Source: Selaginella moellendorffii
Taxonomy: Eukaryota; Plantae; Lycopodiophyta
Direction of reading: 5' to 3'
Length of the DNA: 64,000 bases
Assembly: GCF_000143415.4 (NCBI RefSeq)
Contig: NW_003314406.1
Coordinates: 226,499 to 290,498, forward strand
Part shown: positions 63,965-64,000 of the stretch, piece after piece
How positions within the stretch are numbered: the first letter of the stretch is position 1
How the letters are laid out: the number at the start of each line of letters is the position of its first letter
Position numbers and translations under genes: made by a program
The notes under the pieces: model-generated
Told to the model about the DNA's origin: nothing
The model's input: only the letters and a program-made list of their open reading frames with translations
Databases searched by the model: none

Positions 63965-64000
63965 CGAGATGGAGTCCGAGACGGACCCGAGATGGAGTCT

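Overview
Eukaryotic plant DNA. Introns of about 45-60 bp, chromoviral Ty3/Gypsy elements and Cassandra LTRs suggest a compact-genome seed-free land plant such as Selaginella (inference). A small gene island (minus-strand SEC1/KEULE-family gene 35474-38428, head-to-head with an uncharacterised multi-exon gene 38603-40675) sits between two deeply nested transposon stacks. Left stack: old Gypsy family C contains non-coding LTR element B (11333-30561). B contains two 5S-bearing Cassandra solo LTRs, a complete 394-bp TRIM and an 11.1-kb TIR DNA transposon F (17141-28267, TSD TCTT), and F contains a solo LTR of family A. Right stack: old Gypsy G contains chromovirus H (44710-60733, itself split by young non-autonomous element A, 48472-56430), a 5'-truncated LINE with a 17-bp TSD, a solo LTR A and the end of a second F copy. 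F is the most interesting object. It is a Sola2-like transposon with a divergent spliced cargo gene that combines a ParB/Srx-like domain and an FCP1-like HAD domain. It carries about 17 copies of the palindrome ATGGCRTG-N6-CAYGCCAT, located in its mini-introns, in coding repeats and in a 200-bp hairpin upstream of the transposase. This looks like a candidate protein plus cognate-site system (parS-like, or analogous to VANC anti-silencing). Family letters A-H are my own labels. Domain calls come from motif recognition by eye, not database searches.
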